Positions 63,301 to 64,000 of a stretch of DNA of 64,000 bases are shown in pieces. A program made the position numbers and the translations under genes. Source of the stretch: an uncultured Candidatus Marinamargulisbacteria bacterium (lineage in GTDB: Bacteria; Margulisbacteria; Riflemargulisbacteria; GWF2-35-9); NCBI GenBank assembly GCA_903910705.1, contig CAIWAN010000052.1:5844-69843 (forward strand), written 5' to 3'. Each line of letters begins with the position of its first letter. Position 1 is the stretch's first letter. The notes under the pieces were generated by a model. It was not told where the DNA came from. It made no database searches and saw nothing but the letters and a program-made list of their open reading frames with translations.

Positions 63301-64000
63301 CTTGATTGCCAGAAAAATCGATGGCGGTAAGTCTAAAATATGCCTGTCCTTGCTTAATAACATCCATAACGATCCCTTTGGTAATGGATATTTCATGAGC
63401 ATTTCCACCCAAGTTATTCAAATGGGTTAGGGTTGTTTTCCTGATCACATCAATCGAATAGTTCTTTATGCCCCAATGCTGTGCATTGTTAAAAAGGGCT
63501 CCCTGACTTTCTTCATAAACATTTTCTGAAATACTCCAGTTTAGAGTCAAAGGAACGGCTGACGAGAAATTTCCACTCGACGATTTATACTTGGCTTCAA
63601 CACCCACCGATTGAGTAAGCCAAATAGTGTTGATCGTGGGGCTCTGGACATCAATGACGACATTCTTTGTTGAAAAAGCAACCACGCCCGTATTATTTCT
63701 AACCTTACTAAGAATCTGATAGAGATAATTGACTGTTATGAAATCGTCCATCTCTTGAAAGTTTTGAAGATCAATTTCGGAACCCGATTTCCACGTCGAA
63801 GTCTTTGAACCCGCAGGCTGTTGACTAAACGTCTGTCTATTTACAACGAACTGATATCGAGACGAATTAAATCCTGAATCATCAAAAGGGTAATCGGCCA
63901 AAAGTTGCAAAGCACTATTGGGGCTAGAGGTGAAAGCCATTGTAGTCGCAAGATCGACTCCATCACCAACGCTGAAATAATTCGACGCACCCGTATTATA
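48374..64000 (-). CDS. giant surface/adhesin-like protein, more than 5200 aa within the window with its N-terminus beyond the window edge. It has tandem Ig-like repeats, an FN3-like domain, and a C-terminal T9SS/FlgD-Ig-like sorting domain.
   Basis: Single uninterrupted 15.6-kb minus-strand ORF. Recurrent module boundaries h-D-T-T-P-P-(S/T) roughly every 130-150 aa, with at least 12 seen in the C-terminal half, each followed by D-G...P..GWY(D/N). FN3-like segment YELQWQKANSEKW...YRYRVRAVNMAGSE. C-terminal FYPNPF...NVSIKIYDALGHFVKEM...GGYTIVIQAEK matches the T9SS type-A / FlgD_ig consensus. Confidence 0.85.
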   Translation of the reverse strand, partial: YNTGASNYFSVGDGVDLATTMAFTSSPNSALQLLADYPFDDSGFNSSRYQFVVNRQTFSQQPAGSKTSTWKSGSEIDLQNFQEMDDFITVNYLYQILSKVRNNTGVVAFSTKNVVIDVQSPTINTIWLTQSVGVEAKYKSSSGNFSSAVPLTLNWSISENVYEESQGALFNNAQHWGIKNYSIDVIRKTTLTHLNNLGGNAHEISITKGIVMDVIKQGQAYFRLTAIDFSGNQVSRNLGPIYFDWENTINEQVKDIEAVSDNVDNSFPSDGLTPWIASGVAGYFDQTSINLVVHLSPTANDATQLRLLDGEPVEVWVVTTGSPVMVSSINVKAKAEGMPSIDALFNLGNVTVNITADLREYINENGYQGRVQYFVKFIDGAGNVSDDSLALTGFVTVDVTAPEGNWSYGVGYDYIPTINNQFGVSLNWAFTKSTQALWVSTSYLDGQSGMPSKSVVYSITSYNILDRSLSTNYFSPTVSIGAYNLISTNVLTPNHLYKIQPRITNMAGIVALPARRYIVVDVTAPSISTFSLQTGQNYGKYPPSSPQFLQNNDVTINWQAMDDVFVNWSEAFLDQNRRGIMNYSLSYNKPKENGSYAVITSSIFPVSANNFTITTGYLINVLKEGSVKFRLQIQDFAGNVLTQDIGPYYLDLNNTLNSQIQMIEVVTDDVDNGQDGLSPFEASRRSGYFDQNTVNFTIKMLSSANDFTQFSKLNSEFVPLELYISTSNAGWVLMIQTENYFVTTDVVANIDDDPNLPTASLSVTVDLSSYLESSGYNGPMTILAKIIDGAGNLSSTADLFPVRITVDTSPPTGSVDFSNGFSYIGSDLNFAASGVSKNTAFVSDISTLNISINYQDSESGLAVSGNKLNVSKYTYTRAYVASINGTWIEKPTQNLKDMGIITTNYCFDVVGFASNKTGIVASSPTLHIVVDTMPPLVTSFDRRGDLNVNVGSYQSSSTNFASVQTLNFYWEASDNVYSSFSLDGFNSKPHQGIQKYIFEFKTMENPVWQALDIPIVPMQSNIFVIPLSVSQENFSNQVVWFRLKTFDFANNASIKDYSPVIFDPICNLQNQIAHFIAEDRTSTDADAGTPFTVGGQGYFDDRSKVSMSIVLSSNAADTTQLSTLLSPNCPIEINVQYYSGSVVNNYSFRSYIASYDRQSLPALLSSNNLANISINIIATFSDIINEDFQGQLKLSFKFIDGAGNLSGASDPFAITIDYTPPTGQLVLDQKYYAYIGDNIAFTSQNHFVVSSSFSDAHSLLPLDAYKWSIQERPLNLDTSIIKSSTNIWSDRSSVDIIELFSEIVTRDRIYDVSQKVRNNVARAETSTLRVVYDQILPTINELNLSNATGGVAGYAPSDLQYYSKQPLSISWSAEDNAYVENQGDLFGDNADNSEHHYGIYFNNLYFIKGGSIRHIISNNISGYRREIMVTEGYIENVIGQGIVTIGIQVVDFAGNSSLFERQVRFDWTNTINEAIASIEPTEDHSNSIGEGHDNFSPFDVTGLPGIYDQPTVDFKILFNPAAYDTTGLNTGVFTNLPFEMRISYNQRIETLNSLLNTTRINDVNSETSNIGLAEFNVNADLEPYVGIDNYQGLIDVNFFVVDGAGNMSAFNAQTTRITVDFTPPTAPVQAGFMLTENVGYSHSDVLGQYRNIVFTHTSKDFVIRMMLFADAHSGLPEFPYSVGILGSDFNGDSLGDLKYSQWLSTNMITGEQINNFYQLSSGNYELTCFVRNQAGIMTSNIDRLVIDFSPPVIVSLNREVNRDVGNDGFAPEENFMYNKQSLMLSWNCWDNLDVNHLNVVTDNGIWYYTLSWTSTGVTGGYTTSGDLLTKADRWQADAFIVSIDVVSNSIKEGDTTFTFGAVDYAGNVTTTSLFVIFDWSNSAAGSSNSQLLPDNTDNSPSSDGVVPELGYTDQPTLSIVLKLNNVSELTDLSTKNMKIMISTQNGYSVLMTNNAYQYIIGLGASEKSYIVTINLDLTLYMMGGGGAFTLQASLLDRAGNLPEGETPFTFNVVVDMTPPTLLEGGIFNVTLMPDGDSAADGFAPEFGCYDSQWPSVNVSMNSNITSNGYAPLAQELYIRVYNGYDQLVASAQTIALLDSQNVSNLINVVMGNASLSTVMLRDSGVATMSVEDKYSYEFSLRDRAGHLLAQRISINYDDTPIQLKDVGFFQTVKAKPDLDSHVDGLDPYPGYFDSLTASIDLKFVLDSWGDGHYGTSYDAQYSDGESTPKHGSGLRTRPLFIRYDGFDVSSTPDVYLNARYPGNQQGADIQGVANDGVVNDIAIPLQEGSGKVVVVLVDRAGNVTQIDDSLKLTIDTQTPQLPLSFSLIDTRDISGAGILPELGFFNHRDISFNLTSVPDNDVGSSRLRLNRYLLAVTSANASSTSLKWDSVTSYDTHSTIPEELDKLYKGWGNKDAMFNGVVFPTGDILVWVGVADNAGNVRLVSQSIVVDIEPPSINTWSVDLFLDEDSQGDGVPPYYGYFDNSAVSLNVITLNYGESNKRIKDLFVAVDNSQITNPTGQVELVFSSINVLEGAHHLTVFVSDRAGNVVTRSIRVTVDTMAPNGAIEIVLAEAKDSQGDGIGPVKGYLDTANISFIISENLTDESGFILNRYFVRSNLLGTDHYKNFTYKDKNGVSLNILDEIKGAQPFGQSTRNIVNFIPTANDYSPIIVYGAVADKAGNVCSTSITLSIDTTPPSGNINFLLIPDIDSHGDGVDPLIGYYDNLTINVHVSANVNDNIGLRNNRYFIKTDPTGSLPSYISFNYFEYFQENADPAVLVKAGSITNNFYGVSFNHSGVYTMKVAVADLAGNITESALVVTIDTDPPEGQLQLFFDPNLINPGAGADYGWYNTSTINFHVNASSLMDSYGIRDNYFRSRVVTEGTTMVMWPYSSSSNAFRNVWVPEDSSLTNNAAIFVAVADNAGNIYASSQKVHIDLTPPSLFPKFGIKPDTKNRSDQMTPEEGWYNDDTIDLAWDSPTDNLMLKSQPFQVRMSGMAWGLSTNATFLDDFKVNATEQTLNIEIMVSDRAGNVSTASRQLLMDIAPPSTFNVTLSIQHLVDADGQLFEDPAWTNIPFVTVNVSEPVDTQSGLRIYPLQIKSELLPYGSFLSLNEKTKIELQSKYHNQSDREPSYLWVRVVDKAGNISEQLASVNIDTTPPNLYTLSVLPDTEGNDPASSPEDGWYNDTTLQVEWSSLSDIGELNVSTSRFIRPTRISQNWWVTIDQGLSNLSLTNLNVSDDSLANTLILKVVDRAGNSLKVESNGFQIDTVPPTVSKLTLMPDYTDIGGRLADGWYDSQLVNWQWQASDRAGLSSMPYRYHNLSEPHSSWSIWNRQTGTQIITTWGIPEYFELEVRDHAGNTANLIGTVNVSNLIVTNDSYWINGVIPEEGVTRSAIGGKAPELGCFNVPTLTLVITTNYLPILSAQQLTQDLLYYAYDARYAGDVFLSVNNTFSLSLNSSERDGLTLVYGIRLKNGTLIENKRQIVIDLNPPTMLAAQLGALIDHGGDGIAPDAGWSDINTLDIKIALPDDQGGLRNAPYRYRSLSPNISQWSEIFNSTDIFCVAFPDGQYVYEIEAADRAGNCSMTRVTVNVDTTPPSANGLQLIISADLDSRGDGIDPESGWYDSPIIFGQISWNILTETNTRDAYLYVQGNRNDQFNVFGSSEFSVELTPAGVHPINIYALIVDKAGNSLKTVTKVYVDTEPPVNSYISVKPMVPKNTYFKEESGYYSRVTLDLEWVEPIGGGLRTKPYEIQSSLFDNWSPSQSTPFINGFSVSEGVQSIIVRAIDRAGNVATFSTQITVDTTPPILGDLFLEQDETDLSDGFAPLPGFDDDGMITVTYNGAFDNIALKSVPYFFRVDQPSLTSRSVVLTSNQMIITPTFLVDAIHRVTLLAVDRAGNYSEASVSISVLRVAPVFSVFITPNEIKTDTILTVLITANQPLGWMPDLKLSMNSGLEPYSFGVASLGNYQYIATLDTLSFIDGIGQLRYKVVGKSGMLASIPIQGDKEILAYRYLPQPPDLIMINPLNGSALYTGTSNLILSSHYASLHPTWAWFLTDNATKPPSVDPAWVAWAGQYVLPAMSEGTHSVYAWVKNDQGMSLRASTVNIFVDTTLPSGKVQQLSDLNRFGMKMFSITTNEDLFVPPSLSIQFPAQATQSIRMSVSGGPRRFIAEFNFNEDMGEGFATLNLLMEDRAANISTLNLGVQTIYVKLQYPPKPVMKIVDPAGEGDNPLPLENTNKSTLKILLIISSDMYYIIDSSSADRPMAGDSRWKLCSPPVKDNLSVPFEASDVTYDMIGYDAVQGYLVKTFYVWHKSLTGYVSTASAMQRITIDITTPIITLDYVPLSTQNVGSINVSLIISASEWVSISDAQIRSYPFGSDVMSTKDMTFLTNSSRVFSANVNVNPTQDPYLDLRITDRAGNILDVKRELQPRLWVISMNVLTSNVYRGQRQVDIAEIVVSSSSVAWIKGIKLNKYGDPMGKSLKNVRLLISEDIVSEAGFDNTRMETQFEFRTPNRISGLTRIVLQVDIESSAMDPFSLYIPSGGVSVGTYDVMVSSVIPATTPTFDILGGANQLSVYVKDSSWSQQWGNVYQADQTVVLARVMMESYPYSTMVQEITFNVSGNLSITENLSNLRLYRESNYDDKLSPSEDTLLTSIPAYKIDGKIVFRPLRWIVGNSPQTLYLAGDISLTSPVGKKFQPYFDSRNDIKLDVNQNVNSNTLPLLLQPSIIRAYLPQITISAWAGSSSDVYQGDGVSPYEVFNFKVDRNEVSLNHLDFNISANVPYETVSALTLNTSAQPFINTVMDRQDNKIRLNFASPIMLTPIDQYFYLNMRLKDNCSTGDLQLILAPDRLSLNAKIMNTANVELSTLRIVDLRQPIIEDVAMKSFVNRSDAISLTFDVKLNNIKSPQSRIVRIEYAIDGDLGVTHIRPWTTITIDNSLYLPEEHQYFSGLSLKHNTNYILRLRAYSEDNSLASYVSSQKDLGFKVDLTPPVLPGGSKVFVNQPQIVQNQTLVAQALVNQFLSWPAARDDESGLSHYELQWQKANSEKWDDLDMTLTQNYYKSSNIDQSKRYRYRVRAVNMAGSETAWLMSDYTDVVKPNEVIYNASFYPNPFKADADEGQIYYELNQDTNVSIKIYDALGHFVKEMGFGAGQVGGDSTQPNIVKWNGTDQLNEKVSKGGYTIVIQAEKEGPQNKVRVKAGLLR

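Noticed and set aside
48832-63430. Multiple short plus-strand ORFs of 60-95 aa across the giant gene
   Set aside because: All are embedded antisense in one continuous 15.6-kb minus-strand ORF with consistent repeat architecture.
1-64000. CRISPR arrays, rRNA or tRNA genes, transposase or integrase genes
   Set aside because: No regularly spaced short direct repeats, no rRNA-like conserved blocks, and no recombinase motifs such as DDE or R-H-R-Y were found by eye.

Overview
64 kb chromosomal window, about 45% GC, from a flagellated, chemotactic bacterium. Its phylum cannot be settled from sequence alone. The giant surface protein ends in a T9SS/FlgD-Ig-like C-terminal sorting domain, which points to an FCB-superphylum-like or candidate-phylum lineage. 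Gene order, in contrast, is Bacillus-like (fla/che operon layout; pgsA-cinA-recA-rny-ymdB). Contents in order: (1) N-terminal part of relA/spoT on the minus strand. (2) A 160-aa unknown ORF. (3) A roughly 920-bp AT-rich cassette encoding a winged-helix (wHTH) protein and a minimal nucleotidyltransferase, bounded by perfect 34-bp direct repeats that duplicate the 3-prime end of the neighbouring gene. (4) Flagellar cluster fliK-flgD-(TIGR02530-like)-flgE-fliL-fliN-fliO-fliP-fliQ-fliR-flhB, which stops after flhB. (5) A convergent three-gene operon of unknown proteins (72, 780 and 612 aa; the 780-aa product is acidic and low-complexity). (6) rnhA. (7) Two DUF4143 AAA+ ATPases flanking a solitary rfbC. 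(8) A 600-bp non-coding region with two copies of a palindromic operator-like element and a small unannotated ORF. (9) bioA, a bactofilin, and rnfE-rnfC-rnfD-rnfG (no rnfA or rnfB in the window). (10) A GlmM-like mutase, 5-formyltetrahydrofolate cyclo-ligase and a ferredoxin. (11) An operon of an RpoD-family sigma factor, cheA, cheY, a membrane protein, tsaC, cheV and a REC-only regulator. (12) A convergent STAS / GAF-PP2C partner-switching pair. (13) metK, rimO, pgsA, cinA-C, recA, rny, ymdB. (14) A minus-strand array fliM-HDOD-cheR-cheD-(J-domain protein) ending in a giant repeat protein of more than 5200 aa that runs off the window. No rRNA, tRNA or CRISPR was seen. The most unusual items are the repeat-flanked wHTH+NTase cassette, the unknown three-gene operon sitting where flhA/flhF would be expected, the paired palindromic elements upstream of bioA and a small ORF, and the giant adhesin co-oriented with chemotaxis genes.
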